From positions 593,997 to 657,996 of the forward strand of contig CAYYDR010000001.1 in assembly GCA_964470695.1 (NCBI GenBank): a stretch of DNA of 64,000 bases, in the 5' to 3' direction. The stretch is from an uncultured Gammaproteobacteria bacterium (GTDB lineage: Bacteria > Patescibacteriota > Patescibacteriia > Patescibacteriales > UBA12465). A model generated the notes under the pieces. The model was not told where the DNA came from, did not search any database, and saw only the letters and a program-made list of their open reading frames with translations. Of the stretch, positions 63,903-64,000 are shown piece by piece. Each line of letters opens with the position of its first letter. Position 1 is the stretch's first letter. The translations under genes were made by a program, and so were the position numbers.

Positions 63903-64000
63903 TTATTTTTTCTTAACCGATTTAAAAAGATTATCAGCTATCCGAAAAACATCTCCCGCACCCATAAGAAAAAGCAAATCCCTGGACGATAATCTAGCCC
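63903..64000 (-). CDS. C-terminal end of a Mur-ligase-like protein (probably murC); 5' part outside window
   Basis: Minus-strand frame reads ...ARLSSRDLLFLMGAGDVFRIADNLFKSVKKK*. The MGAGD(I/V) ending is typical of MurC/MurD, and the gene is adjacent to the murB region. Confidence 0.4.
   Translation of the reverse strand, partial: ARLSSRDLLFLMGAGDVFRIADNLFKSVKKK

Overview
This 64-kb window comes from a small-genome, AT-leaning bacterium that uses the standard genetic code: UGA serves as a stop (for example at 7860 and 50076) and RF2 is present. Gene content and order point to Candidate Phyla Radiation/Patescibacteria, which is an inference from several traits. S5 is followed directly by L15 with no L30, adk is absent between secY and map, AspRS is the archaeal type, AlaRS is short, and many lineage-specific hypothetical proteins carry charged low-complexity tails.

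Most of the window is minus-strand housekeeping. It holds the rpsL-rpsG-fusA-(orf)-tuf-rpsJ-rplC...rplO-secY cluster (32.8-49.0 kb) and a separate infA-rpmJ-rpsM-rpsK-rpsD-rpoA-rplQ-rplM-rpsI unit (54.2-58.5 kb). It also holds rpoD-dnaG, scpAB, asnS/aspS, recO/ruvX/map, prfB, alaS, murB, comEC and an ABC exporter. The left end carries a class I ribonucleotide reductase operon (nrdAB), ferritin, csp and small unknown genes.

The only RNA gene found is a tRNA-Asn(GUU) split by a 230-nt ORF-less group I intron (8875-9179). Directly downstream lies a plus-strand block of unknown or accessory genes (9.2-15.4 kb). It is built from self-contained promoter/terminator modules and is bracketed by a near-identical 36-nt hairpin repeat.

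Other points worth a second look:
- an NrdB with the class Ic signature (Phe for the radical Tyr, Glu for the Asp ligand)
- an RpoA that ends in a charged tail instead of an alpha-CTD
- a bipartite sequence motif shared by two structured intra-operon spacers (rpsG-fusA and rpsD-rpoA)
- a 285-nt rpsJ-rplC spacer
- a roughly 195-nt structured leader
- a 1180-aa repeat-containing membrane protein

I saw no CRISPR array, transposase, integrase or recognisable defence system. All homology statements rest on motif recognition by eye, not on database searches.
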